Shown here: piece by piece, positions 63,501 through 64,000 of the stretch
Layout of the letters: each line of letters starts with the position of its first letter
Numbering within the stretch: position 1 is the first letter of the stretch
Assembly: GCA_000934665.2 (NCBI GenBank)
Contig: JYFJ02000239.1
Location: 1-64,000, forward strand
Length of the DNA stretch: 64,000 nucleotides
Origin: Catajapyx aquilonaris
Lineage: Eukaryota
Direction: 5' to 3'
The notes under the pieces: generated by a model
The model's database searches: none
Seen by the model: the letters and a program-made list of their open reading frames with translations, nothing else
Told to the model about the DNA's origin: nothing
Translations under genes and position numbers: made by a program

Positions 63501-64000
63501 TAAAAGCCCACCTAAAATTTCGCACCGATCAAGAGCAAGGCCGTTCCTGAATTTAACGAGGGTCCCATAGTGACCGCAAACATGCCTCTCTCCATTTGCG
63601 GTGCTAGCACGCAACTTCCCCAGCTGATGAAGTGCGCGATAAGGTGTCTAGAGGCTGATATATATCTCGCCTCTTGACTTTTACAGATTAATAAAATATC
63701 TGTTATTGCAAAGTGTGATAATTTTACAACAATGGTGCATATCAGTCATGCCCTTCATAGATATTGCCCACTAAAAATAAATTTGCAGCAACTCCTCTCC
63801 CCAGCAATTTCTACACTTGTGGTGCCTACAGTACATTCAGCGAACTGTACAAGCCCTTAAATTATTACTGGCTCTACACTACAAGCTGCATAATAAATCG
63901 CCACCAAAATACACAGCCTCCGTAGTACGATCCATACCGCCCCCCAAAAAAATGATGCGTCGGAAATCCTCATTGGCGCATCAACAATTATCCCAATTAT

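Noticed and set aside
63240..64000. CpG-rich stretch with AGATGGCGCC and ORF 63300-63614 as the start of another gene
   Set aside because: No recognisable coding or splice structure within the window.

Overview
This is eukaryotic (metazoan, probably arthropod-like) genomic DNA, not prokaryotic. It holds four spliced protein-coding genes whose exons I could chain in frame through GT-AG sites. (1) A USP40-type deubiquitinase on the minus strand, ATG 11316, running off the left edge. (2) A complete 520-aa membrane UDP-glycosyltransferase (+, 13537-15381). (3) A Grb7/Grb10/Grb14-family RA-PH-BPS-SH2 adaptor (+, about 24419-46008) with large CpG-rich introns. (4) An unusually long, about 1249-aa, DIS3L2 exoribonuclease (-, 60569-50858). 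Non-coding DNA carries many short foldback/MITE elements (Harbinger-type with TAA/TTA target-site duplications (TSDs), Tc1/mariner-type with TA TSDs, some nested) and a decayed LINE 3' end. I see no CRISPR, rRNA or tRNA, and no clear wholly new multi-gene system. The best leads are a 63-nt in-frame cassette exon in the Grb PH domain with downstream TGCATG motifs, three phase-compatible alternative Grb N-terminal exons, the large charged insertion in DIS3L2, and a 271-bp near-perfect palindrome between the convergent Grb and DIS3L2 genes whose mismatches look like CpG-methylation decay. All gene models come from reading the sequence by eye and need RNA-seq confirmation.
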